DNA from: the human T2T-CHM13v2.0 reference genome, Homo sapiens
Assembly (NCBI RefSeq): GCF_009914755.1
Contig: NC_060932.1
Direction: 5' to 3' (one strand)
DNA: 64,000 bases
The notes beneath the pieces are model-generated. The model was not told the DNA's origin. It was given only the letters and a program-made list of their open reading frames with translations, and did no database searches. A program made the position numbers and the translations under genes. Of the stretch, positions 13,311-26,520 are shown piece by piece; the stretch's first letter is position 1, and every line of letters starts with the position of its first letter.

Positions 13311-15198
13311 TCTTGATACTAGTTCTTATCACTCTTAAGTCCCTGTCTCTATCAGGAGGCTGTCCTCACAATTCCACAAACCACACCTGTGATTGTGATG
13401 CCCTCCCTATGTAGGCTGCTTTCCGCATCTCCTGTGCCTTTCTAGACCTGCAGCTTAACTCCTTCATCTTTTCAAGCCATTTCTATTCATACAGATCTCT
13501 CCCCCTTTGAATGCCTGCAGCCCCTGTAATTGGAACCATATATAATACATTAAAGTGCTTAAGTAGGGGGTTGGCACATAACACACACTTAATAAATGGT
13601 AGCTATCACCATGATTCTTCTTTACAACATTACAAGTCATCTGAAACTTTCCTCTAATGATTTTAGGCAGGAGTCTTGTCAGTCTCCTGAAGTGTGCCTT
13701 CATCCCCTTAATAAAAGAGAGATGTCATCTGTATTTTTGTGTTCTAATGGCAGCCAGCACAGAGAGAGGCACATAATGAGTTCTCAGTACATTTTTGTTA
13801 ATTATTAAGGATTGATTTAAAGTCTAAGGAGCTTCGTATAGTTTGGAAATTATCACGTAGTAGAAACGTCTTGAAGCTACATAAGTCTTGAGAAGGCTAA
13901 AAGTATGCATCTTGGAGAAAATTCTATTACGAGTGGAAGGATTATTCTAAGGAAATTATTTGAACAATTTTTCACCATTTCAGAGCAATTTTGCTGTTTA
14001 ACTACTTGGAATTAAAGAAGTGAACTTGGGAGTTCTGGAAGCCTGATAAAAGCAGGTGTTAATCACTTTTAAGCACTGTACCTTGTATTGTCAGCAAATA
14101 CGTTGTAACATCCATTAAGTACTTTCCCTGAAACTTCAAAATAAATCCTGCTCTCGCTGGTAAGCTTGAAAGAGAGACAATAAAATTCAGGTTCTCTCAA
14201 AATTGAAATGAGAGGCTGCAAAAGAAGAAAAAATAAACATATAATGGAAGGAAAATGCCAGCAAGTATATTAAAAATTGCAGTAACATCATTACCTGACT
14301 GAGGTTATGTGTTCTGTGGCTCCTGTTTGAATCACAGGCTTCATTACTTCAGCGTCAGGTCTCACCATTTAGGAGATAAAAATTACTGGAATAGCGTTTG
14401 GGGGTGAGCAGGAGGATATCAGAGGTCAAATGAAGTATTCACTGAACCATTTCCATAGAGCAAGATTATTTTGCTTCTTTATGAAATTAAATTTTCCATA
14501 AATAACATGCGTGTCATGGAGTTCAACACACTTTTTTTTCCTTAGAAGTCAAATAAAATCAAAATTAGAAAGTCTCCGTAAAATAACAGTGAAATTTCTG
14601 ATTTTTAACCATTTAATAATTGCTGTAAGCTTTGCATCAAGCAGAATCTGAGTTGCAAATATATGGGTATTAAATTTGTTCCTTATGGAATACACTCTGG
14701 AATAAAATTGGAATGCAAAACATAGAAATTGGAACATTAGATGTGTCAAGGCATTTTTCATTTTTAAATATTTCCATAGGTTTTGATTTTCCATTGTATT
14801 TGTTAAAAGCCTGGACATCTGTTCACTGTATGGGCATGCAATTGAGTTTACTGTTGCTGAACATGAGAGCTTTTTGGTTGAGATTTTAGAAAAGTTTAAG
14901 TTGCATAGACCACACCTGGAGATTTAGACTCTATAATAAAAAGTTCTAGTGACTTAAAATGGAACATGTACTTTGTGGCCAATTGATCCGTCTCCTTCCC
15001 TCCCTCCCCCAACCTCCTTTACCCACTTTGAATTCAGGAATTACATCCTGATACCAAGACACGTTATACTTCAACATTTGTAGCTTTCTCCTCGTCTTCA
15101 CTCTGTCTTTTCTAATTCATTCTGCTTATTGTCAGATTAATCTCCCTCAAGTAAAGATTCATCATATTCATTCATTGTTTTAAAACTTTCAATATTTT

Positions 15199-15563
15199 TT
15201 CTTTTTTTTAAATTTCAATAGGTTTTTGGGGGAACAGGTGGTGTTTGATTACATGAATAAGTTCTTTAGTGGTGATTTCTGAGATTTTGATATACCCATC
15301 ACCCGAGCAGTGTACACTGTTCCCAATGTGTAGTCTTTTATTTACCTCCTTCCCACCCTTTCTCCCGAGTCCCCAAAGTCCATCGTATCATTCTTATACC
15401 TCTGCATCCTTATAGCTTAGCTCCCATTTATGAGAATGTACAATGTTTGGTTTTCCATTCCTGAGTTACTTCACTTAGAATAATGATCTCCAATTTCATT
15501 CGGGTTGCTGTGAATGTCATTATTTCATTCCCTTCTATGGCTGAGTAGTACTCCATGGTGGGT

Positions 15564-15598
<35 letters not shown>

Positions 15599-18500
15599 GG
15601 TGTGTGTATATATATATGTATATATGTGTGTGTATATATGTATATACACACATATATGTATATATACACATATATGTATGTGTATATGTATATATGTATA
15701 TACGTATATACACATATATACATATATATACACACACATATATACACATATATATATACGTACACACACACACACACATACACACTACAATTTCTTTACT
15801 CTTTGATTGATGGGCATTTGGGCTGGTTCCATGATTTTGCAATTGTGAATTGTGAATTGTGATGCTATAAACATGCGTGTACCAGTATGTTTTTGTTTTT
15901 GTTTTTTGTATAATGACCTCTTTTCCTCTGGGTAGATACCCAGTACTGGGATTGCTAGATAAAATGGTAGTTCTAGTTCTTTAAGGAATTCTCCATAGTG
16001 GTTGTGCTAGTTTACATTCCCACCAGCAGTGTAAAAGTGTTTCCTTTTCACTGCATCCATGCCAACATCTATTTTTTTTTATTTTTTAATTATGGCCATT
16101 AATTAAGGTGGTATCGCACCTTACTGAACAAAGAAACAATGGATTGAAGCTATACCCTAGAAAAAATGGACTTAATAGGTATTTACAGAAGATTCTACCC
16201 AACAACTACAGAATATACATTCTACTCATCAGCACATGGAACATTCTCCAAGGCAGACCATATGATAGGCCATAAAACAAGTCTCAGTACATTGAAGAAA
16301 ACTGACATTATATCAACTACTCTCTCAGACCACAGTGGAATTAAATTGGAAATCAACTCCAAAGGGAACCCTCAAAACAATGCAAGTACATGGAAATTAA
16401 ATAACCTGCTCCCAAATGATTGTTCGGTAAACAGTAAAATCAAGACGGAAATTTAAAAATTCTTTGAACTGAATGATAACAGTGACACAATCCACCAAAC
16501 CCTCTGGGATAAAGCTAAGGTGGCGCTAAGAGGAAAGTTCATAGCCTTAAATGCCTACATCAAAAAGTCTGAAAGAGCCCCAATAGACAATCTAAAGTCA
16601 CACCTCAAGAAACTAGAGAAACAAGAACAAACCAAACCCAAACCTAGCAGAAGAAAAGAAATAACAAAGATCAGAGCAGAACTAAATGAAACTGAGGAAC
16701 CAAAAAATACAAGAGATAAATGAAAGAAAAAGCCGGTTCCTTGAAAAGGTATATAAAATTGATAGGCCATTAGCAACATTAACCAAGAAAAGAAGAGAGA
16801 TCCAGATAAGCTCAATTAGAAACAAAGCATGAGAAATTACAGCTGATACCACAGAAATTCAAAAGATCATTCAAGGCCACTGTGAACATCTTTATGCACA
16901 TAAACTACAAAACCTAGAGGAGATGAATAAATTCCTGGAAATACATAACCCTCCTAGATTAAACCAGGAAGAATTAGAAACTCTGAACACACCAATAACA
17001 AGCAGCAAGATTGACATGGTAAAAAATTGCCAATAAAAAAAGGCCAGGACCAGATGGAGTCACAGCTGAATTCTATCAAACATTCAAAGAGGAATTGATA
17101 CCAATTCTATTGACACTATTCCACAAGATAAAGAGAAAATCCTCCCTAAATCATTCAATGTATTTTGCATTTCTCTGTGTCCTTCATTTCCAGAAATCAT
17201 GGTTTCTTATTTAAGCTATGTCACTGAAGATTTTTCTCTCATATCTTGTATCATTTTTTTTTATTTCATTAAGTTAGACTTAACATCTTTCTGGTGTCTT
17301 CTTGATTAGCTTAATAATGGATCTCCTGAATTATTTTTCTGGCAATTCAGGAATTTCTTCTTGGTTTGGATCCATTGCTGGTGAGCTAGTGTGATCTTCT
17401 GGTGGTGTTAAAGAATCTTGTTTTGTCATATTACCAGAATTGTTTTTCTGGTTCCTTCTCACTTGGGTAGACTATATCAGAGGAAAGATCTGTGGCTCAG
17501 TACTGTTCAGATTCTTTTGTCCAATGGGATGCTCCCTTGATGTAGGGCTCTCCCTGTTCCCCTAGGGGTGTGGCTTCCTGAGAGCCAAACTGCAGTGATT
17601 GTTATTTCTCTTGTGGATCTAGCCACCCAGCAGAGCTACCAGGCTCCAAGTTGGTACTGAGGGTTGTCTGCCCAGGGTCCTGTGATGTGAACCATCTTCA
17701 GGTCTCTCACCCATGGATAGCAGCACCTGCTCTGGTGGAGGTGGCAGGGGAGTGAAATGGGCTCTGTAAGGGTCCTTAGTTGTAATTTTGTTTATTGCAC
17801 TAGTTTTGTGTTGGCTGGCCTCCTGCCAGTAGGTGGCACTCTCAAGAGAGCATCAGCTGTGGTAGTATAGGGAGGATCAGGTGGTGGGTGGGGCCCTAGA
17901 GCTCCCAAAGGATATGTCCTTTGTCTGTGGCTACCCATGAGGGTAGAGAAAGACCATCAGGTGGGGACAGGGTTAGGTGTGTCTGAGCTCAGATTCTCCT
18001 TGGGCCGGGCTTGCTGTGGCTGCTGTGGATTTGGGTTGTGGTTCTCAGGCCAATGGAGTTATGTTCTCAGGGAGATTATGGCTGCCTCTGCTGAGTCATG
18101 CAGGTTGCCAGGTTGCCAGGGAAGTGGGGGAAAGCCAGCTGTTATAGGCCTCACCCAGCTCCCATGCAGCCCAAAAGGCTGGTCTCACTCTCACTGTGCC
18201 CCCAACCCAGCAACAGCACCCAGTTTATTTCCAGGCAGTGGGTGAGCAGGGCTGAGAACTTGCCTCAGGCTACCAGCCTCCCAGCTAAGAATGCAAGCAG
18301 GGCTGTCAGGTTTTGTGCCTCCCAGCCTGTGGGATTCCGTGCTGTGTCTGTACTTCTAATTCACCCCCTCCCCTGAATTGAGTCCAGGAAACTTCACGTT
18401 CAGTCAAAATTGTTAGAGTCTAGCTGGAAGTTTCCTTCTCCCTGTGATCCTTCCCCAGTTCCTCTGGCAGCCCTCCCCAAGGACCTCTGTGAGACAAAGT

Positions 18501-18786
18501 CAGAAATGGCTTCCCTGGGGACCGGGAGAACTCACAGAACTCTTCCCACTGCTTCTTCTACCCGGGTATTTCACTTGGCCCTCTAAATTTGTCTCAGCTC
18601 CAGGTGAGGTTAAATCCTTCTCCCGTGATCTCAACCTTCAGGTTGGTTCCCCATTGAGGGTGTGTGTTCTGGGGCAGACAATCCCTCTTTCATACTTTCA
18701 CACTTTGGGCACTCACAGTTTTTCAGCTGTCTCCTGGGGCCTGAAGGAGCAATCTGCTTCCTTCAAAGGGTCTGTGGATTCTCTCC
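15199..18786 (-). mobile_element. L1PB element with an internally inverted ORF2 block and large deletions
   Basis: 3' end on minus (15199-16118), ORF2 on plus (~16120-17158), ORF1/5'UTR on minus (~17159-18786); ~19 bp TSD TTAAAA(C/T)TTTCAATA(T/A)TTT at 15180 and 18787. Confidence 0.85.
15557..15785. repeat. Compound (TG)n-(TA)n-(CA)n microsatellite
   Basis: Alternating purine-pyrimidine tract inside the L1PB 3' region. Confidence 0.95.
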
Positions 18787-18952
18787 TTAAAATTTTCAAT
18801 AATTTAATTAGACCTTGAAAATAAAAGTAAACAACTTTAGCTTGGTATTTAAGACCTCTCACAGAATAATGTCAACCCACCTCTCCTGTGATGCCATTGC
18901 TCCTTTATATGATGCTTTCATTCAGACAGCTGGTCTACTTTTCTTCTCTATC

Positions 18953-19033
18953 TTTCTCTCTCTCTATATATATATGTGTGTGTGTATATATATGTATATA
19001 TATATACACACACACACAGTGTCTCCTCATAGA

Positions 19034-19080
<47 letters not shown>

Positions 19081-19096
19081 TCATACAGTGTCTCAT
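18953..19096. repeat. Compound TC/TA/TG/CA microsatellite, duplicated unit
   Basis: Two (TG)n(TA)n(CA)n blocks, each ending CAGTGTCTC. Confidence 0.9.
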
Positions 19097-19967
19097 TAAC
19101 AGAGAGTGAGACTCTCCATGTCAGGAACCCCATATACTTGAAATTCCTGCCTTCTCTCCACCTACCTAATCCAATGCTATCATCCAAGCTCAGTTCACCT
19201 CCTCATAAAGCTTTCTCTGACTAATAAAAACAGAAGCTGTCAAGCATCCTGAGAGGCAGTGGACATTGAACAATACCTGCTGATACCTGACCTAAGAAAG
19301 CCTTTTCCCTTTCTGGAATTTAGTTATTTTGATTAGTTTGCATTCACAACCCTCCAAATTGTCCAGTTTTTCTAGTTGTTTTTGTGAGAACAATGATCTG
19401 TGAGAAACTTTGACGTTCTAACTGGAAAAAAAACCTTCTTTCTTCAGTGATTTTTTTGGGAGCCTCTGGAAAGCATAGTTAACAAATCAATGTCAGGTAG
19501 GTTTAAAATAAATATTAAGCTTTGAGCATGTTCTTGTCTACAAACATTGGAAGAAACACGTTTATTCAAGACTGATAAACATAGTTGTGCTCTATCTGCT
19601 GATGCGTTCTTTAGACCTGTGACATGGAATATAGTGGCAGAAAACAAATTGGCCTAATGTAATAGCTTCCAACAAAGTCTGAAATTTTATTATAATTGCA
19701 AAGCAGTTGCAGCACAAATCATATTAATGTGTTGTAAGGTCCTCATATCCTCATTTAACTCTACATGATCTCAGCTAAAGCAAGTCTTAAGAGTTATTAA
19801 TATTCACTATTACTTTTTATTGGTAGCAATTCTTTTTCTTTACTAAGTGTGACATTTTGAATAATGAAATTTGCAAAACCTTGTTTACTAACACTTTGTA
19901 AAAGTTCTCATGTAAGGTGATTCCTAGATACCTGCTTCACTCATTCAACTTAAAATTTTTCATTAAG

Positions 19968-20248
19968 GCAGCATTTCCAAAGAGTACTTCACAGAATGCT
20001 GATTCCCAAATATTGTTAAAATAAGGTCCTATAGATAAAGGTATCTTGGAAATCAAGTGCAATACCTCTCTTGATTTTATCAATCAGCGTTTAGCGTATG
20101 AAAGGATCTGAATGATTATGCAATAATACTTTTTTAATTTGTTCGATTTGGCATTTCCACACACTAAATTAAAAAATCTTTTTTTAACATCACATCTAGT
20201 AAGCCCTTAAATCTGATGTTTTATGAAATACCCTTTGGAAAATGGCTA
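19968..20248. mobile_element. Non-autonomous hAT-Charlie-like DNA transposon
   Basis: Imperfect terminal inverted repeats: CAGCATTTCCAAAGAGTACTTCA ... TGAAATACCCTTTGGAAAATGGCT. Confidence 0.55.
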
Positions 20249-20392
20249 AGAGAGCAATAAGGAAGTTAATAAAAATCATATATACCTACTTTTTTGAATG
20301 AATTGAGAGACAGGCAGCTCTGTTGTATACAATACAGCCTAGAAATCTCAATATCTTTGGCAGAGATTTGAGATGTAATTTAATAGACTTTA

Positions 20393-20710
20393 AGCTGGGA
20401 GTGTTGGGTCATGCCTGTCCTCCCAGCACTTTGAGAAGATAAGGCAGGAGGATTGTTTGAGGTCAGGAGTTCGAGGCCAACCTGGGCAACAAAGTGAGAC
20501 CTGTCTCTACAAAAACATTTAAAAATTAGCCGGTTGCAGTGGCACATACCTTTAGTCCCAGCTACTCGGGAGGCTGAGGTGGGAGGATCTCCTGAAACCA
20601 GCAGTTCAAGGCTGCAATGATTAACGCTTGTGCCGCTGCACTCCTGCTGCGTGACAGAGTAAGACCCTGTCTACAAAAAAAAAAACAAAAAACAAAAACA
20701 AAAAAAACCA
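20393..20710 (+). mobile_element. AluJ
   Basis: Dimeric Alu with A-rich tail. Confidence 0.9.
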
Positions 20711-21299
20711 ACTAAACTAAAAAGCAGACTTTAGTCTATATATGCACTCTCTTGTAAGTATTGTAGTATTTCTGAACACTGTGGAACTTGTGAACATGGC
20801 AGAACTACCAGCCTTTTCAGAATAAGAAATGACATAATTATATGATGTTATAGACTCTCAGCATTTTTCAAAAAAGATTTTGAATGACAAGGAGATCCTC
20901 CTGGAAAGAAACATAACAATCTGCATGATTTTCTTTGTATCTGAAATCATCTATAAATATTTGTGCATATTTCCTAGGGGTTTCTGACCCTATTAGCAAG
21001 ACTTTATATCTGAAAATATAATCTTAAGTAGAAGCTACTACTTTCGTTTCTGTGAAATTAGGTGAACAAGTCTTACAAGCTAAAGTTTATTTTTAGCCAT
21101 TATAAATGCCAAATTTTATCCAGTCAAGAGAATCACTGGAGTGTTTCATCACTGTGAATTTCCATACATAATGAAGATCCAACTCCATGATGTCATCCAG
21201 GAAATTTCCAATTTTTAGAAACATAGTATAAGAATTATCTCACCTGAGGCCTGATGTTGGTGAAACTTGAATCTTTCAGCACTACTGGATGGTGCTGAA

Positions 21300-21988
<689 letters not shown>

Positions 21989-22014
21989 AAAAATGTCAAA
22001 TCTAAAAATGTCAA

Positions 22015-22335
22015 AGACTAGAATGGTAGTTACTAAGGGTTCAGGGAGTAGGGGGTATGAGGGGATGTTTGTGAAGAGCTACAGAATTTCAGTTTTGCAA
22101 GATAAATTCTAGAGACCTAATGTACAACAATGTGACTATAATTAACAATATTGTATAATATACTTGAAATTTGTTAAGAGGTTAGAGCAGAAGTGTTCTT
22201 ACCTCACAGGTAACTATGAGGTGATAGAAATGTTAATTGGCTTCATTGTACTGGATATTTCATAATGCATATAGGTATCAAATCATCAAGTTGTATGTGT
22301 TAAATATATACAATATTAAATTTTCAACCATACCT
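22015..22335 (+). mobile_element. L1MA/L1MB 3' end
   Basis: TAGAATGGTAGTTAC...TTCTAGAGACCTAATGTACAACAATGTGACTATA. Confidence 0.75.
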
Positions 22336-22559
22336 CAAGCTTGAAAAATAATTGATGTATACATGCAAGCATCCCTCAGTATCATCATATATTTTAATCC
22401 TAACAAAAACTTGTTTGAATTGCACAGTAGAATTCTGTTCAGAGTCTTCTTTTGCTTCAAGATGAAATAAAAGCTATTGATCAACTGCAAATCCCAAGAA
22501 ACAAATTTGTCATAAAATTTTCCACAAAGTAGTAGCTTTAAGTACAAAAAGGGATTTTA

Positions 22560-22889
<330 letters not shown>

Positions 22890-24529
22890 TCAATTGCATA
22901 ACCAAAATATTTGAGAAATATTTGGACTTCCCTTGTTTTATTTTCTTTCAAAAGGCTGTTTTCTGTGTCATTACAAAGTGTATTAGTTAACAAGAGAACA
23001 GTCGTGGTGAGAGAAACACACATTTTGTGTTACCTTCTATGCCCATAACTTGATTGTGATGGGATAGTCTGCCTGCATTTAGGTAAAGCTGTGAGGTCCT
23101 TTCCCCACAGGAAAAGACTATGCAAATTTTCCACCAGGGTCATCTTCCCACTTACTTCCTAAGAGTTTGTAAATATTAGACCAAATGCTGGTGGCTGTTA
23201 AATGTAGCATGGCTGCAGTGATCCCAGGTGCTAACATTTGCCTGGAATGCTATAAAAAATAGCACTACTAATCAGAAGAAATGGAAATACCTCTAATTTG
23301 TTCCTTAAAGGTAATGGCTGCCTAAGAAATATTTTCACTGTTTTTCCTACAATTTCTTTTGGAAGCCCAGAGTAGGAAGTAATTGTTTTAGTTGGTGCTG
23401 AAGATTGGGAAGGTATTCAGGGCATAGCCACATCCAGCTTGTCCTAAAGAAATGCTGAAAATGATGTTAGAATGGTGGAAGAGAGATTCCATATCTGCTT
23501 TTCCTCCCTTCTCTTCGTCTTGGAACATGTGAGATGGAAATACTCATTACTGAGAAAAATTCAACCCCAAGATAAGAGGTTTGTCCTTGTCTGACAGAAA
23601 GGGCTATCATGAGAGGGAAAAAAGTGTTACATTCATCATTGCCTGCAGAAGAAGATGGTGTTAAGTAACGCTGGGAGAAATTCTGAGCCCTCTCTTTTTC
23701 TTCCTCCTCCCCCAACCCACCTCCACTTCTTTTAACCATAGTCCATGTAGAAAAAGCTATTGATTGTTCTATAAAATTTTAAATTATCCTCAGGATAAAA
23801 TATCCTTAACAATTTTTGTTTGTATTTTTTTGTAGTGTACTCTGTGCAAGCCCAAGATAAAACCCAAAACAACTTGTTTTTTAATGGTTTGGTTTTGCCA
23901 GGCTTGAACTGACATAAATTGATTCATGTGAGATAAATTTAACGAGCTAGAACCTCTCTAATGAATAATTAGCTAATCATACAATTTTTACAACTGAAAG
24001 TTACCTAATCACATGTCTTCAGTTTACAAATGAGAATTAAGTCCTTGGCTCTCCTCTGAGTACAGTCATAAAAGTTGTTGGCTGCTTCAAAGAACAACTC
24101 AAATGACCTCTCATTACCTCCTGTATTAAATGCAAGCCAATGTTAGTACTGGATAGAGATTTAGTAGAAGCCAGAAGTCTTTCTAAAGTGACTTCTTAGA
24201 CATTGGAATAGTTAATTCAAAGGCTGCGGTTATTCTTGAGCTGATGTTTCCTATGGATTATTTTACCCATGAGCAGTGATACTTACATTTGAGATCAACA
24301 ATCAATAGTGTAAAAAAATTTATTTAGAGCATCCTTGTAGATAAACCTCACTTTGTAGCCCCTTCAAGTATTAAGATGATCCTGTTTAATTTTTCTCCAT
24401 TTTGAATATTTTATTAGAATATTTCAAGAGGATTAGAATATTTCAAGGTTTCTTTCAAGAGGAAAACAGTCGGTAAAACAGAGAAAGAAGTTCAGTTAAA
24501 AAGGAAATCTGTCAACAATTATTTAGCAC

Positions 24530-24750
24530 AAATATTCTGTAAAACACTTTAATGCATGTTTTTGCATGCACTAAATTATCTCATTCAGTTCTTTCAACAA
24601 CTCTGAGGTAAAAAATGTATTTTGTAGATAAAATAAACTAAGTGATGAAAAATGAATGAAACTAAGTGATGAAGTAACACGCAATCACCATGTGGTTGGT
24701 AAATTCAGGTCAGTCTGATTTCAGTGCTCTTTTTATTATCATCTTTGAAG
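24530..24750 (-). mobile_element. MIR
   Basis: MIR-like CAGGTCAGTCTGATTTCAGTGCTC. Confidence 0.5.
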
Positions 24751-25038
24751 CTTGGACTATACTGAGTAAAAAATATGTGAAAATAGTAAATGATACAGAC
24801 AGAAGTATCTTGAGTAACTGTCTGCAGAAGGGTACTGATGGAATTCAGAGTTAAATGGTAGAACCAGAGAGCTTGGGTGAGGCGCACGTTTTCTTTGTTT
24901 ATATGCTCAGAATGTTCTTCATCCAGTTGGAGAAACAAATTTGTTTACTCTCTCTCTGTGTATGTGTGTGCACACACATGTGTATTTGTATGCAGCTAGA
25001 GTTTGAGAGTTAACATCAACATCTAAGAACCAGCTCAC

Positions 25039-25863
25039 GAATTAAACTTAACTACTTAAGATCCCAGTTACAGCTCTGGGAGAGAAGATGAGTCTTTCTG
25101 AATTGATCCTCAGATAAAATCTGTATCTTTCGTGGCTATCATATAACCTTATTGGATTACAAGAAATACACAATGGGTTCTCTCCAATTGGGAAAAAAAC
25201 TTTCCATCAAATGTATGGTTCTTGAATAATAATTTAGAACTGTAGATATCCAACTAAAATCTAGAAGTTACATTTATTTAGGATACTTAGAGATAAAATT
25301 AGAATTATGTTTGAGTTTTATGAGAAAAAAACAAAACAGGAAGAGCTGTATTAGGAAGAAATCGATTTCTCTCACATGTAAAAGGAATATAAGATCTTCT
25401 GCTTCTGGTATAATTCAGCCTCTTTTTATCTTGTATTTCTCCCATGCAGAGCTTCTATGCTCAAAGTCACTTTAAGGTCCAAGATGGCTGCTGGAACTCC
25501 AGCAATCACATGCACGTTCTAGCAACTGAGAAAGAGGATACATCTGGAAGTTGCACAAATTTCTGTTTATATCCATTTGGTAAAAGCCTAGCCAAAACTC
25601 TGTATGTAGATACAAGGCATCCTAGGTAGTACAGTATTTATTTATTTGGGTTGGCCACATATTTATCTAAAAGGGGTTCTGTTACAGTGGTTCAAGTGGA
25701 CAATGGACATTGGAGGAAGAATAATAAACACTCTTCCCTACATAGTGGTATGGCAGTTTTGGGGGAAAGAAAAATATAAGGCAAAAACTAGCGTATATCA
25801 GGATTGACATGGAGAAGAATTAAACTTAACTACTTAAGAGTCCAGAGTTACAGCTCTGGGAGA
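25039..25863 (+). repeat. ~46 bp direct repeat, two copies (25039-25083 and 25817-25863)
   Basis: GAATTAAACTTAACTACTTAAGA and AGTTACAGCTCTGGGAGA are identical in both copies. Confidence 0.9.
25300..25730. mobile_element. Old MLT1 LTR
   Basis: GGTCCAAGATGGCTGCTGGAACTCCAGCAATCACATGCACGTTCTAGC. Confidence 0.65.
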
Positions 25864-26089
25864 ATAATAAAGCTGGGGAGGACTTTAGAGAATTATATGG
25901 GAATGAAAGTACAATGAGCATGGATTTGATTCTTCACAAAAGCAAGCAATACTACTTTAAATTGTAAATATCAGGAATCATTTATTAGATACAGATGTTT
26001 ATATAAATGATAAAAGGGAATGCTCCATGCTGAGAAAAGATGAAAATATAAATAATTTCCCACATGGAATTTACAATTTGCTTTTGTTG

Positions 26090-26520
26090 CAATAGTTTTT
26101 GGCTGCTGTTTTTGCTAGATGCTGTAATAAAACTTAAAAAAAAATGTATTATAGCTCAAACAAAAGGTTATTTCTAGCTCAGATAAAGCCTAAAATATAG
26201 CCCTAGACAAAAAGCTAGCTCATTTCCATGCTGTGATTTGGGGATCCAGGCTCCTTCCATCTCGTGGCTCCACCATCTTCAACCATTGGCCTCTAAACTT
26301 AGAATGCTCATGATGTCCATCAAGTTTGCCGAAGGTGAAAAAGGATGGAGGATCATGTATCTCAGGATTTTATGGTCCAGGCCAGGAACTGGTGCATATC
26401 ACTGCCATTCACATTTCATTAACTAGAACTTCAAAAAATAAATCAATAAATAAAATAAAGTGAAAGTTTATCTGTAGGTCCAGGAAGAAGAGGAAATGGG
26501 CTTAGTGAAAAACTAAACTC
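26090..26520. mobile_element. Old MLT1 LTR fragment
   Basis: GGGATCCAGGCTCCTTCCATCTCGTGGCTCCACCATC. Confidence 0.6.

Noticed and set aside
14300-14560. Possible conserved non-coding element (also 19480-19780)
   Set aside because: Impression only; conservation cannot be judged from a single sequence.
15428-15862. Overlapping C/V/Y/I/H/T-rich ORFs
   Set aside because: Translations of a dinucleotide microsatellite; the same applies to 18815-19224.
24413-24675. Short tandem duplications (ATTAGAATATTTCAAG; AAACTAAGTGATGAA)
   Set aside because: Ordinary slippage duplications; no array or spacer structure.
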